DNA of 64,000 nt, from contig CAIOPG010000008.1 of assembly GCA_903860135.1 (NCBI GenBank), positions 127 to 64,126 of the forward strand. Direction: 5' to 3'. Numbering within the stretch: the stretch's first letter is position 1; every line of letters begins with the position of its first letter. The position numbers and the translations under genes are program-made. Shown here piece by piece: positions 48,146-58,825 of this stretch. Source of the stretch: Candidatus Omnitrophota bacterium. Lineage in GTDB: Bacteria > Omnitrophota > Gorgyraeia > Zapsychrales > Fredricksoniimonadaceae. The notes beneath the pieces are model-generated. The model was not told the origin of the DNA. It did no database searches and saw only the letters and a program-made list of their open reading frames with translations.

Positions 48146-49304
48146 AAGGCCTCCCCTTGTTCTTTAAAAACCGGCCGACACTCCCGATGACATGATCCAG
48201 CTGGGCTAATTCAATATCCTGATGGATCCCGATATGCGTGCCATGATCACTGCAATATTCCGCTTCAGGGAAATCGCCCTTCGTGTAACCCAGAAAGGCA
48301 TAGCTCGGGCACTGCGTGGGCATGGAATAAAAAAGATTGCGCGAATCAATGCCGTCTTCTTCAAAATGAGCCACCAGCGCTTCCTTCGTGAAACCGGCGC
48401 CTTCGCGCACAATGATGGAAAAAGCATGCGGCCCGAGCTGCTCATAAGCTTCTTCTTTAAGCGTGATAAAATAAGCTTCAAAAGCACGGAACTTTTCAAT
48501 CAAATAAAGCATATTGCGCCGGCGCCGGGCCAGGATATCATCGAAGATCGCGATATTCCCCAAACCGACAGCCGCTTCGAGTTCATTCATTTTAGCCGAG
48601 AAACCAATGCGTTCAAAGGTAAATTTTCCCGTCATGCCATGATTGCGCAATGAGCGCAGTGCTTCAGCAAAACGATCACACCCCGTTAAGATCATCCCGC
48701 CTTCAACGGTAGTAATGATGTGAGCGGCATACAGGCTGAAACAGGCCGCATCGCCCATAGCGCCGACTTTGGCGCCGCGATACACCGCCCCATGCGCCTC
48801 GGCGGCATCCTCGATCACTTTTAACCCGTGACGACGGGCAATCGCCCGGACAGCATCCATATCCGCCGGCTTGCCCATCAGGTGCACCGGCATGATCGCC
48901 CGGGTGCGCGCGGTGATGGCCGCCGCGATCTTGTCCGGATCAATGTTAAGCGTATCCCTCTGGACATCCACAAACACCGGCGTCAATCCCGCCTGAAAGA
49001 CCGCATTGCCTGTCGCAATAAAGGAGAGTGCCGGGACAATCACCTCATCGCCGCGCCGGGCGCCAAAATCATACAAGGCCGCGCAGGCCAGGGCATCGGC
49101 ATCGGTCCCACTCGACACCGCCACCGCATGCCTGACGCCGAACAGGGCCGCAAACTTTTCTTCAAATTCCCTGACGTATTTCCCCTTGGTCACCCACCCC
49201 GAATCGAGGGCTTCATTGATCAACCGGCGTGCCAGCGGCGTAATCGAGACCGTCCCAAAAGGTACCTTGTATTCAGCCTTGCGCGATTCCTGCCCGTCTT
49301 TCAT
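48141..49304 (-). CDS. DegT/DnrJ-family PLP-dependent sugar aminotransferase/dehydratase
   Basis: SSGTDA, PVHLMG, EDAAEAHG, SLYAAHIITT.EGG (His at the usual Lys position, as in ColD/E1-type dehydratases). Confidence 0.8.
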   Translation of the reverse strand: MKDGQESRKAEYKVPFGTVSITPLARRLINEALDSGWVTKGKYVREFEEKFAALFGVRHAVAVSSGTDADALACAALYDFGARRGDEVIVPALSFIATGNAVFQAGLTPVFVDVQRDTLNIDPDKIAAAITARTRAIMPVHLMGKPADMDAVRAIARRHGLKVIEDAAEAHGAVYRGAKVGAMGDAACFSLYAAHIITTVEGGMILTGCDRFAEALRSLRNHGMTGKFTFERIGFSAKMNELEAAVGLGNIAIFDDILARRRRNMLYLIEKFRAFEAYFITLKEEAYEQLGPHAFSIIVREGAGFTKEALVAHFEEDGIDSRNLFYSMPTQCPSYAFLGYTKGDFPEAEYCSDHGTHIGIHQDIELAQLDHVIGSVGRFLKNKGRPY

Positions 49305-49305
49305 A

Positions 49306-50010
49306 TCAGCTTTCCACCATTTCATTCAGATGCGCCTGGGCCCATACCAAGCGTTCGGGTGTCCCGATATCGATGAACGGTGCCTTGACGTTGCGCGCAT
49401 AAAACCTGTCGCCGATCAACTTGGGGAAAAGATCATACTCAATGGAAAACTTCCCGTCTGGCATAAGGTCGAAAATATCCCTGTTGAAACAATAAATGCC
49501 GGCACTGATATACTGCACGTCGGTAGTCACAAATTTTTCCCTGAACGCGGTGATCTCATCCTGACCATTGACCACCAGTGTCCCGAAATCCTTATTGCCT
49601 TCCACGCGCACCCCCACCAAAGTCGCCCGGGAATTTTTTTGCTGATGAAAAGCCAAAAGCCGGGCATAATCCACCGGCGTGAAACAATCCCCGTTCAGGG
49701 CAAACACCTGCGGGCTCTCAACAAAAGAGACCGCATTCTTCAGCGCGCCGCCAGTGCCCAACGGCTCTTTCTCGACAGAAAAAATGATCTCGATCTGGCT
49801 GAACTTGGCCTTGTAATACACCGCGATCGCCTCAGCCTTATACCCGGCGCACAGGATCACGCGCCGCGCACCCTGCCGGATCAGGTATTTCAACAAAAAA
49901 TCCAGGAACGGCTCTCCCTGCACTTCAGCCATCACCTTGGGAGCATCCCCCGTAACACTCCGCAACCGCGTCCCCAACCCGCCGCAAAGAATCAAAAAAT
50001 CAGTGCCCAT
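49306..50010 (-). CDS. hddC: D-glycero-alpha-D-manno-heptose 1-phosphate guanylyltransferase-like nucleotidyltransferase
   Basis: ILCGGLGTRLR...PK, EPLGTGGAL, NGD, FIDIGTPE; follows hddA. Confidence 0.75.
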   Translation of the reverse strand: MGTDFLILCGGLGTRLRSVTGDAPKVMAEVQGEPFLDFLLKYLIRQGARRVILCAGYKAEAIAVYYKAKFSQIEIIFSVEKEPLGTGGALKNAVSFVESPQVFALNGDCFTPVDYARLLAFHQQKNSRATLVGVRVEGNKDFGTLVVNGQDEITAFREKFVTTDVQYISAGIYCFNRDIFDLMPDGKFSIEYDLFPKLIGDRFYARNVKAPFIDIGTPERLVWAQAHLNEMVES

Positions 50011-50028
50011 AGCTTCTTCCTTATTTAT

Positions 50029-51027
50029 TTAACCCACCACCCCTGAATCGGGTTGATAAAAAATGATCTGACTGCCGAGTGTTTCAAATTTGAACGGGAT
50101 CTCGAGCAGGCCGGCGAGGGCTTGGCGTACGGCCGGCTTCCGGTCAGGTTCGGCAAAAACAAGGACAAACCCGCCGCCGCCGGCGCCGAGCAGTTTGCCG
50201 CCCAAAGCCCCGGCCTTGAGGGCCTTGCTGTAAATGTCGTCAACACCCGGCGTTGTAATCTTGTTGGAAAGGGTACGTTTGATCTGCCAGCTTTCATCGA
50301 GCAAACGACCAAAGCCCATGAAATCATCGGCCTTAAGGCAACGCAGGGCTTCAGTGACCATGGCATACATGGCTGATAATTCCTTCTGGCGATGCGGGAT
50401 GTTCATGATCTGCTGAGCCGCGATCTCGGAGGCCGTGCGGGAAATTCCCGTAAAGAATAACATCATGTGCTCTTGCAATAAAGCAAGGCTTTCCATGGAC
50501 AACGTAACCTTGGTGACAGAAGGCTCCCCGGCTCCGGCAAACTCAATGTGATGAAAGCCGCCATAAGCGGCCAGGATCTGGTCCTGGCTGCCGACATTCT
50601 CCTTGATCATGGCCTGCTCGATATGGATCGCCTCGCGCGCCAGCTGATCCTTGGCCGTCATGGCTCCGCGCAGGGCGTAAAGGGCATTCAATAACCCCAC
50701 CGTAAAAGCCGAACTGGACCCAAGGCCAGTCCGGGCAGGCAGATCCCCGTCATGATGGATCTCAATCCCTTTGTGCATATCAAGGAACCGCAATGTTTCA
50801 CGCACCGCCGGATGATCAATCTCGTCGATGCCATGCACATGCTCCATCCTGGAATAAATGATCCGCGAACGATGCTCAAAGAACGGCGGCAGATACCGGG
50901 CGGTAATATAGCAATATTTATCAATCGTCGTCGCCAGGACAGCGCCGGGATGATCGTTATACCAGGCAGGATAATCCGTCCCGCCGCCAAAGAAGGATAT
51001 GCGAAAAGGCGTACGGCTGATGATCAT
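50029..51027 (-). CDS. hddA: D-glycero-alpha-D-manno-heptose 7-phosphate kinase (GHMP family)
   Basis: RTPFRISFFGGGTD, PARTGLGSSS, GSQDQ, GGKLLGAGGGG. Confidence 0.85.
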   Translation of the reverse strand: MIISRTPFRISFFGGGTDYPAWYNDHPGAVLATTIDKYCYITARYLPPFFEHRSRIIYSRMEHVHGIDEIDHPAVRETLRFLDMHKGIEIHHDGDLPARTGLGSSSAFTVGLLNALYALRGAMTAKDQLAREAIHIEQAMIKENVGSQDQILAAYGGFHHIEFAGAGEPSVTKVTLSMESLALLQEHMMLFFTGISRTASEIAAQQIMNIPHRQKELSAMYAMVTEALRCLKADDFMGFGRLLDESWQIKRTLSNKITTPGVDDIYSKALKAGALGGKLLGAGGGGFVLVFAEPDRKPAVRQALAGLLEIPFKFETLGSQIIFYQPDSGVVG

Positions 51028-52268
51028 CGGGTCCCCCTGATATTGATAGCTGTCATGGCACGGATACCGGCAACGGTATCTGCCCCGAAAACACGCTCCA
51101 TCATGGCCAGATACCCGGCACCTGAGAAATAACGCGCGAAGGCGGCATCCCTGAAAGCCAGGACCGCCTGTCCGGTCACATGCGCTGTTGGTACAGGCTT
51201 GAAAGCCGGGCTCATCTGCGCATATTCTTCCCCCGATACCGGCAGGTCAACCCCCCGGCCGTGCATATCCGCATAAAGTTGACTGCCCGGATAAACGCTG
51301 ACACAATAAAAATTGGCATATTCACACATCAATGCCTCGGCCAGCGCCAACGTGGCTTCCATCGAGGCGCGGTCATCATCCCAGAAACCGAACATAAAAT
51401 TCCCCAGCACATGGATCCCCGCGTCTTTGGTCATGGCCACCACATCCCGGATACGCGCATTGGTGAACTGCCCTTTTAAGGCGGCGCCACGGATCTTTTC
51501 ATCCCCCGACTCGATCCCGTAAGCCAGCCAGCGCACCCCGGCCGCACGCAAACGCGCCAGCAACGGCGGGTTGACCGTGTCGATGCGCGCATAGGCCCAG
51601 ATATTCAGCCGCGGCGCAAGCCCCGTCGCTGTGATGGCCTCACATACCGCACGCACGCCCGGATTATCCATGGCAAAAAGTTCATCCATCATCTTGATAT
51701 TGGTCACACCCTTGGCAGTCAATGCGCGGATATCGGCAGCAACCAGCGCCGGATCGCGCTGACGGTAACCCGAATTATAAAAATCTTTCACACAGCAAAA
51801 GTCACACGCAAACGGGCATGATACGCTCGCAAAAGTTGCGCCATAAGCCTTGTCGCTACGCCCCCAGGCATGCCAATTATGCGCCCGGTATCTTTCAAGG
51901 GCTATCCTGTCCCAGTCCACCGCGCCTGCCTGCACGGGGTCAAAAGGGAGCCGCTCAAAGACATCAACAGGGATACCCCATCTGCCCGTGATAAAAGCCT
52001 TCAAGGCCTGTGCCGCCGAAGCCTGCTGGACATGCGCCGAAGGATGCGAGCCCGTCGCGAGGATAACCGCCCGCCGCACCTGCAATGACCCCAGGCGGGC
52101 CGCAAGCCCCTCGTGATCGAGCCCCTCAGCCTCCATATCGACCACCACACCGTCGGCCACCGTCTGTGCCAACAGCGTGAGCCATACCGGCGGCTCAATG
52201 GCCGACAGGCTGGCCACCCGGCCGTAATGCGCCGCTTTAGTGTTGGGCTTGATGAACGCCGTTGTCAT
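51024..52268 (-). CDS. Radical SAM protein (class B methyltransferase-like, reduced B12 domain)
   Basis: SCPFACDFC, DELF, YARIDTV, GIESG, FMFG. Confidence 0.8.
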   Translation of the reverse strand: MTTAFIKPNTKAAHYGRVASLSAIEPPVWLTLLAQTVADGVVVDMEAEGLDHEGLAARLGSLQVRRAVILATGSHPSAHVQQASAAQALKAFITGRWGIPVDVFERLPFDPVQAGAVDWDRIALERYRAHNWHAWGRSDKAYGATFASVSCPFACDFCCVKDFYNSGYRQRDPALVAADIRALTAKGVTNIKMMDELFAMDNPGVRAVCEAITATGLAPRLNIWAYARIDTVNPPLLARLRAAGVRWLAYGIESGDEKIRGAALKGQFTNARIRDVVAMTKDAGIHVLGNFMFGFWDDDRASMEATLALAEALMCEYANFYCVSVYPGSQLYADMHGRGVDLPVSGEEYAQMSPAFKPVPTAHVTGQAVLAFRDAAFARYFSGAGYLAMMERVFGADTVAGIRAMTAINIRGTR

Positions 52269-53200
52269 CAGATATTGGCAAACTGCGTGCGTTTAAGGAT
52301 CTGATACGCCTTCACCAGCTCCCTGATCCCGTCGGCAAGGCTGACGGTTGTCCTGAAACCGGTCCGTTCGATCTTTTCATTCGAAACAATATAATCCCTT
52401 TTATCAGGATCTTCACCGACAGCGGCTTCAACCACATACAGCCCGGGCACATGCTTCTTGATCTCCGCGCACAGCTCCATCTTGCTCAGGTTCGCCTCCG
52501 AAAGGCCGACATTATACGGTTCATTCTTCATCGTATCAAAATGCGCCAGCGCATGGACAAAAGCACCGGCCACGTCGCGTGTATGGATAAAGTTGCGCTT
52601 GAAATGCGCCTCAAAAAGCACGATAAAACGGTCATAGACCGCACGGTACGTGAAATCATTGACCAGGAGATCCAGCCGCATCCGGGGGCTGGCCCCGAAA
52701 GCCGTAGCCAGGCGCAGGGTGATGCCGTGCCCGCTGTCAAGGACCGCTTTCTCGGCGTCGACCTTCAGCCGCCCGTACAACGAAACCGGACGGAGCGGCG
52801 TTGCCTCCGTACAAAATTTCCCCTTCTCGCCAATGCCGTAACCGCTGTTGGTGGTGGGAAAAATGACCGGCTGATCAGGTGATGACAACTCCAGCAGCAT
52901 CCGCACCGCATCAAGAAGAACGCTTTGGGCACCCACAGGATCCTGGGCACATAAAGGAGCGCCGGTCAGGCAGGCCAGCGGGAATACCGCGTCGGCCTCT
53001 GCCATGAGCTTGCGCACAAGGCTCTTGTCCCGCGCATCGCCGCGCACAACGGAAAAGCTTTCCTGATGGCACAAATCCAGGAGCGACGTCTGGCCATACA
53101 TGAAATTGTCCAGGACCACAACTTGATGTCCTTCTGCCAGAAGCCTTGGCACCATCACCGCACCAAGGTATCCCGCCCCGCCTGTTACCAGAATCTTCAT
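52268..53200 (-). CDS. NAD-dependent nucleotide-sugar epimerase/dehydratase (SDR)
   Basis: ILVTGGAGYLG, YGRLK, RMRLDLLVN. Confidence 0.88.
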   Translation of the reverse strand: MKILVTGGAGYLGAVMVPRLLAEGHQVVVLDNFMYGQTSLLDLCHQESFSVVRGDARDKSLVRKLMAEADAVFPLACLTGAPLCAQDPVGAQSVLLDAVRMLLELSSPDQPVIFPTTNSGYGIGEKGKFCTEATPLRPVSLYGRLKVDAEKAVLDSGHGITLRLATAFGASPRMRLDLLVNDFTYRAVYDRFIVLFEAHFKRNFIHTRDVAGAFVHALAHFDTMKNEPYNVGLSEANLSKMELCAEIKKHVPGLYVVEAAVGEDPDKRDYIVSNEKIERTGFRTTVSLADGIRELVKAYQILKRTQFANI

Positions 53201-53216
53201 GGATCCCCCGCCAGGT

Positions 53217-53753
53217 TTATTTGTCGTTATAATGATTACCCTGCTCGATGATGAGCATCGGTTTCCCGTCAGTCCGTGTCAGGGCATATTCATAGGCCGG
53301 AAAGATATCTTCCGGCGCGTTCAATTCCACAACCTCGATATGCGCCAGCATCCGTTGCCAGGCTTCAACATAATTGCCCACATGCTGATGCCCCGGATGC
53401 ACCGGTTTGTCGGGGCCGGTTGCTGTCCGGATAATGATCCGGGGGCTGGCCATGCCGGGGGCCAGGTCCGCAAATTTATCGAGCATATTGGCCATATCCC
53501 CGGCGGCCAGCATCAGGAAATTCTGCCGCGGATAAATACTGACCGGGATATACCCGCCGAGCGCCAGCCCTAGGGAAAACTGCATCTGAAAACTTTCATT
53601 CACCGGGAACTCCAGGGCTTTGCCCGCCGGGATATCACGCAAGGTCTGGTACATGAACGTGCCAGGAGTCGCCGTCGACTGCCCCAGAAAGATCACCCGC
53701 GGGTCTTGCGCCAGCCACTCCATGGTGCGTTTTAATTCGTCAAAGTATCTCAT
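53217..53753 (-). CDS. Transketolase/E1-beta pyrimidine-binding domain protein (short)
   Basis: VIFLGQ, EFPVNE.FQM..SLGLAL.G, HPGHQH. Confidence 0.75.
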   Translation of the reverse strand: MRYFDELKRTMEWLAQDPRVIFLGQSTATPGTFMYQTLRDIPAGKALEFPVNESFQMQFSLGLALGGYIPVSIYPRQNFLMLAAGDMANMLDKFADLAPGMASPRIIIRTATGPDKPVHPGHQHVGNYVEAWQRMLAHIEVVELNAPEDIFPAYEYALTRTDGKPMLIIEQGNHYNDK

Positions 53754-54364
53754 CAGAATTTGATCAGTTTTCCGACCCCGGAATGAGGCCATCCGTTATG
53801 GTATTTAAAATATTCGATCTTCGTCTCAAACCGTGTGCCCTTGAACCAGGGGTCCGGAGATCCCCAGGCCGCACGCGTATCCGTCATCACACTCAGGGCA
53901 TTATCCGACACCACAAAAACAGCCGGGAGATCAAAATTGACCGCGTATTTCACCGCCTCATGGAAAATGCCGGTTTCAGCCGACATATCCCCGCAAAAAA
54001 GAAAAACACGCCCCTGCTGGCCGCGCCGCTTGAGGGCCCAGGCCATCCCCGTCGCAACCCCCATCAAACTGCCGACAATGCCCGAACAATAGATGTGCTG
54101 TTCAGGAAAACACAAGGCTATGCTCCGCCCGTCGAGGATCGCCTGTTTCAGGACCGCTGGCGGCACACCCTTCAAAAGGCATATCTCATGCGCGTCCCAA
54201 AACGCAAACACATGATCATCAGGGCCGATAGCATATTTATTGAAAATGTGGATCAGCGCGGTCTCACGGCCGGCGCGCAGGTGAACAGGCGCCTTGATGC
54301 GGCCTTCGGTAAAAAGACCGGCGATCTCGTTCTCGAAATGAACAATATCCTGTTCCGTAATCAT
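53753..54364 (-). CDS. TPP-dependent E1-alpha-like subunit (short)
   Basis: APVHL..G.E, SGIVG, GD...ETG.FHE...FVVSDN TPP motif. Confidence 0.8.
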   Translation of the reverse strand: MITEQDIVHFENEIAGLFTEGRIKAPVHLRAGRETALIHIFNKYAIGPDDHVFAFWDAHEICLLKGVPPAVLKQAILDGRSIALCFPEQHIYCSGIVGSLMGVATGMAWALKRRGQQGRVFLFCGDMSAETGIFHEAVKYAVNFDLPAVFVVSDNALSVMTDTRAAWGSPDPWFKGTRFETKIEYFKYHNGWPHSGVGKLIKF

Positions 54365-55302
54365 GCCGGATGGGCTTTAAACCAGTCGATGGTCAGGCGC
54401 AAGCCTTCCCTCAAAGCCACCTTTGGCTCCCAGCCAAGCTTGGCACGCGCCAGGGAAATGTCAGGCTTGCGTTGACGGGGATCATCCTGCGGCAGGGGCT
54501 TGTAAATGATCCGGCTCTTGCCGCCGACCAGCTCCACAACAATCTTCGCGAATTCATTCATCGTGAACTCATCAGGGTTGCCGATATTGATGGGCCCTGG
54601 TTCACCGGAGAAAAGCAGCTTGAGGATACCGTCGGCTTCATCGGCCACATAACAGAAAGAGCGCGTCTGTTCGCCGTCGCCGTAAACCGTGAGCGGCTGT
54701 CCCTTAAGGGCTAAGTCAATAAAGTTCGGCACCACACGGCCGTCATCACGGTTCATGCGCGGCCCGTAGGTGTTAAAAATACGCACCACCCGGGTGTCCA
54801 CATTATATCGCCGGCGATAAGCGAACGTGATCGCCTCGGCGTAACGCTTGGCCTCATCATAAACACTGCGCGGACCAATAGGATTGACATGCCCCCAGTA
54901 GGTTTCTTTCTGCGGATGTTCTTTGGGGTCCCCGTAAACTTCCGACGTTGATGTCACCAGAAAGACAGCTTTCTTGGCCCTGGCGATCTCGAGCATATGC
55001 TGGGTCCCCTGGGCGCCGACCATGAGCGTTTCAATCGGATACGCCAGATAATCCACAGGACTAGCCGGCGACGCGCAATGCATCACATAGTCGACCCGTC
55101 CGGCCACCTTGAAGGTCTTGGAAACATCCTGACGGATGAACGTAAAAGCCTTGTTCTTCAACAGGTGCGCGATATTGGCTTTTTTGCCGGTGATAAAATT
55201 ATCGAGGCAAATGACCTTGTGGCCACGCGCGATCAGCCTGTCGACCATATGGCTGGGCAAAAATCCTGCTCCGCCGGATATAAGAACTACTTTTTTACGC
55301 AC
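54361..55302 (-). CDS. uxs: UDP-glucuronate decarboxylase (UDP-xylose synthase)
   Basis: [42 protein letters not shown]. Confidence 0.9.
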   Translation of the reverse strand: MRKKVVLISGGAGFLPSHMVDRLIARGHKVICLDNFITGKKANIAHLLKNKAFTFIRQDVSKTFKVAGRVDYVMHCASPASPVDYLAYPIETLMVGAQGTQHMLEIARAKKAVFLVTSTSEVYGDPKEHPQKETYWGHVNPIGPRSVYDEAKRYAEAITFAYRRRYNVDTRVVRIFNTYGPRMNRDDGRVVPNFIDLALKGQPLTVYGDGEQTRSFCYVADEADGILKLLFSGEPGPINIGNPDEFTMNEFAKIVVELVGGKSRIIYKPLPQDDPRQRKPDISLARAKLGWEPKVALREGLRLTIDWFKAHPA

Positions 55303-56645
55303 ACTGCTCCTGACATGGTTGGCCGGGGCTCACCGCGCCCGATACCGTGATATTCAAAGCCCTTATCCGTAAAGGCGTTCTTATCAAAGAAATTACGCCC
55401 GTCGAAAACAACCGCCTGACGCATCAGATCGCGCGCCCTGCCCAGGTCAACCTTCAGGAATTCATCCCACTCGGTCAGCACCAGTAAACAATCCGCCCCT
55501 TTCACGGCAGCGTACGCATCCGCGCAAAACTTGACATCCTTCAATTCATGCCGGGCATTGGCCATCGCCTTGGGATCATAGGCCTGGATACGCGCGCCCT
55601 CGGCTTGAAGTACACGGATAATATCAAGAGAAGCGGCACGGCGCATATCATCGGTATTGGCCTTGAACGCCAGGCCCCAGACCGCGATCGTTTTGCCCTT
55701 GATGATCCATAGTTTATCTTCTACCAGCTGGATGAACGCCGCCTTCTGCTGTTCATTCACGTCCCGGACACTTTTTAAGAGCTTGAAATCATACCCGCTT
55801 TTCTCGGCGAGCCGGATAAAGGCATCCACATCCTTGGGGAAACAACTGCCGCCATAACCAATGCCGGCATTAAGAAAAGCCCTGCCGATGCGCTTGTCAT
55901 ACCCCATCCCCTCAGCCACTTTCAGGACATCCGCGCCCACCCGGTCACAGACCTGTGCCACGGCATTGATAAAAGAGATCTTCGCCGCCAGGAACGAATT
56001 GGCGGCATGCTTGATCATTTCTGCGGAAGCCAGATTGGTCACAACGATCCTGGCCTTGAGCGGCTTATACACCTCACGGAGCAGTTTTTCAGCACGGGCC
56101 GACTCCACACCAATAACAATGCGGTCAGGATGCATGAAATCCTCGATCGCCGCCCCCTCGCGCAGGAACTCGGGATTAGACGCCACGTCAAACTCGATGG
56201 CCGCGACACCGGTCTTGCCTTTTCTGGCGGCAAGATTCAGCCTGACCGTGCGTTCAATGCGGTTGCCCGTCTGCGCCGGCACCGTTGATTTCTCCACCAG
56301 CAACTTGTAGCCATCCATATGCCGCGCGATCTCGCGCGCCACATTCTCGATGAAAGTCAGGTCAGCGTCACCATTAGGCTTTGACGGCGTTCCCACCGCG
56401 ATGAAGATAACCTCGGCATTCTTCACCGCTGTGCCGATGGCCCCTGAAAAAGCAAGCCGCTTGAGCTTGCGGTATTTAAGGATCATCTCTTCAAGGCCGG
56501 GTTCATAGATCGGCACCTGGCCCGCCTTGAGCTTCTTGATCTTCTCAAGATCATTGTCCACACAGATCACATGATGCCCTATGTGCGCCAGGCATACCCC
56601 CGTAACAAGCCCCACATACCCCGAACCAACGACGGTAATATTCAT
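55287..56645 (-). CDS. ugd: UDP-glucose 6-dehydrogenase
   Basis: [32 protein letters not shown]. Confidence 0.93.
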   Translation of the reverse strand: MNITVVGSGYVGLVTGVCLAHIGHHVICVDNDLEKIKKLKAGQVPIYEPGLEEMILKYRKLKRLAFSGAIGTAVKNAEVIFIAVGTPSKPNGDADLTFIENVAREIARHMDGYKLLVEKSTVPAQTGNRIERTVRLNLAARKGKTGVAAIEFDVASNPEFLREGAAIEDFMHPDRIVIGVESARAEKLLREVYKPLKARIVVTNLASAEMIKHAANSFLAAKISFINAVAQVCDRVGADVLKVAEGMGYDKRIGRAFLNAGIGYGGSCFPKDVDAFIRLAEKSGYDFKLLKSVRDVNEQQKAAFIQLVEDKLWIIKGKTIAVWGLAFKANTDDMRRAASLDIIRVLQAEGARIQAYDPKAMANARHELKDVKFCADAYAAVKGADCLLVLTEWDEFLKVDLGRARDLMRQAVVFDGRNFFDKNAFTDKGFEYHGIGRGEPRPTMSGAVCVKK

Positions 56646-56656
56646 GTCATCCCTTC

Positions 56657-58825
56657 TTATTGTGCCTGCATCCCCGAACGGATATGGCTGAAAGCTGTAT
56701 CCCCTCCGGTCGACAATGACGGAAATGCCTTGATGCGAAAAACGATCCAGACCTCACTCGCCGGTTTTGTCATCGTTTTCTGCCGGCCAACTGAAAACTC
56801 GACTTCCCAGGAATGCAGGTCGCGCACAAACCCGTAACGCTGTTCCTGCAAGGTGCCGCTGTCAATATTCCAGCGGTCATACACCATGGTGCGCCACTTG
56901 GGATTTAACCTGTACTCCCACAAGGTTGTCACAATGTCATCATCGTCGAGCGTGTAGCGGCGGCTCACATCGAACGTCCAGTTTTTGTGGCTGTTGATAT
57001 ACGCGTCCAGATTGGCTGTCCGCAAATGCTGCAGATCATTGTCATAGGTCATATCGGAATACAGCGACACATACTTGTTGGGCGTAAATTCCATGTCGAG
57101 CGTCACATCACCGAAACTGGCGCTCGAAGGATACTCCGTCATCGCCGTCGTCCCCGCTGAGATCAGCCGGTTATCCTTAAGGCGGAAATCTGTGGTCAAA
57201 AGAGCCCGCAATAGATCGACACTTTTTCCTTCACGCTTGGTCTGCCATTTGTTTTCAAGCCCGAGGCTGAACTTGTCCGTCTGGGTGCGCGCATCGATCC
57301 CGTCATACGGAAATAATTTCGAAGAGGCCAATGTGGGATGATGCTGGAAAAGGTAACCCGCCGTTGGCGTGATCACATGGCGCAGGCGGTTGATCTCAAT
57401 ACCGTATTTATTGTAATTAAAATCATAAATCTTGTAAAACTTGGTGCTCACATCCGTCCCGGTCTTTAAAACTTGCCGGACCGCATTATTATCCCGACTG
57501 TCCAGCGTCCGGGCATAGGCGGTCTCTTCAGCCCCGGCAAAAGGCCGGAACTCAAGGAACGCAAACTTAAACGGGCGCGACAACTCGTTATCGCTATCCA
57601 GCCTCAGCGTGCGGTAACGGATGTCAGCCGGGCTTGGCTCTGTCTTCACCAGGCTCACCGCCGTATTCGTACTTTTAAAATAAAAGCCTGTCAGGCCGAT
57701 CTGCTGGTTGGACAACGTAAAATTCACCTCCGGCAAACGCTCGACCTTGGACTCAAAACGATTCACGCGGATATCCGTCAACAAGGACATGGAAGTTTTG
57801 GAGGTCGTATGCGTGAGCAGGGCATAGGTCGGCGGGGCGCCGTCCGTGCGGTATTCCCGAAGAAAATAATGCTTCAGGAAGAACGGATCCGTTTCCTTGT
57901 TGTACTGGCCGATGAGCAGGGTGGATGGATCGATCTCCCACTGATGCCGCCACTCCACACGGTAACGCTGCTGTTGCTCCTGAAGGATCTCGGCGTCACT
58001 CCAGGCGCGATGCATATCGGTGTTATCCTCATACGTGTAATAGGTGCGCACCAGCCCGCGCCCGAACGGCCGGGTGTCATATTTGGTATCCACGCCCCAC
58101 CCAAGGCCCTTGGCCTGGCGATAATCCAGGTGATAGGTCGTTTCAATACGATCCGTCAAAACCGTATGATAGGAGATAAAAATAAACGGACCAAAATTTT
58201 TCTTGTACCCGGGGGTCACGCTGAAATGCGGTCTTTTCCCGCTTAGATCCTGGGTATACTGCGGCAAGTACAGCACCGGCACACCCCCAAGATACATGAC
58301 AGAACTCCGCGCTACCGCCTTGTCGCCGGGATAAACATCGATCCTTTTGGAACGAACACGGTATTCCGGGATATCATAATCGCTGGTCGTTACATACCCG
58401 TCCTGGACAATATAATAATTCTCCCTGACCTTGATGATAGAACGGGCCCGCCCGTAAATGGGGTCCGCCAAAAGCCGGGCATTGGTGAACTCGCCTTTTT
58501 TTGTCTCGAAATTATAGAACACTTTTTCAGCCCAGATCCGGCCCTTGTCCGTATCAAGGATAACATTACCCTCAGCATGCGCTTCTTTCTTATCACGGTA
58601 AAATTCAAGCTTGTCGCAAAAAAGCACCGCATTATCCTGTTTCAAATAAACATTACCCGTGACCACAAACTTGGCCTCATCGGATTTATACTCGATGGTA
58701 TCCCCCTTAAGCTCGACAGGCTGCGTGCTTTTGGGATCAAACGCCAAAGCTGTGCCTGCCAATGCCGCCAGAAGGCACATCACAAGAGAAACAAGGAACG
58801 TTGAAAGAGATTTTATTCTTTTCAT
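56657..58825 (-). CDS. lptD: LPS-assembly protein LptD
   Basis: Signal peptide, N-terminal beta-jellyroll (OstA-like), long amphipathic beta-barrel with ERLPE and RHVITP motifs. Confidence 0.8.
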   Translation of the reverse strand: MKRIKSLSTFLVSLVMCLLAALAGTALAFDPKSTQPVELKGDTIEYKSDEAKFVVTGNVYLKQDNAVLFCDKLEFYRDKKEAHAEGNVILDTDKGRIWAEKVFYNFETKKGEFTNARLLADPIYGRARSIIKVRENYYIVQDGYVTTSDYDIPEYRVRSKRIDVYPGDKAVARSSVMYLGGVPVLYLPQYTQDLSGKRPHFSVTPGYKKNFGPFIFISYHTVLTDRIETTYHLDYRQAKGLGWGVDTKYDTRPFGRGLVRTYYTYEDNTDMHRAWSDAEILQEQQQRYRVEWRHQWEIDPSTLLIGQYNKETDPFFLKHYFLREYRTDGAPPTYALLTHTTSKTSMSLLTDIRVNRFESKVERLPEVNFTLSNQQIGLTGFYFKSTNTAVSLVKTEPSPADIRYRTLRLDSDNELSRPFKFAFLEFRPFAGAEETAYARTLDSRDNNAVRQVLKTGTDVSTKFYKIYDFNYNKYGIEINRLRHVITPTAGYLFQHHPTLASSKLFPYDGIDARTQTDKFSLGLENKWQTKREGKSVDLLRALLTTDFRLKDNRLISAGTTAMTEYPSSASFGDVTLDMEFTPNKYVSLYSDMTYDNDLQHLRTANLDAYINSHKNWTFDVSRRYTLDDDDIVTTLWEYRLNPKWRTMVYDRWNIDSGTLQEQRYGFVRDLHSWEVEFSVGRQKTMTKPASEVWIVFRIKAFPSLSTGGDTAFSHIRSGMQAQ

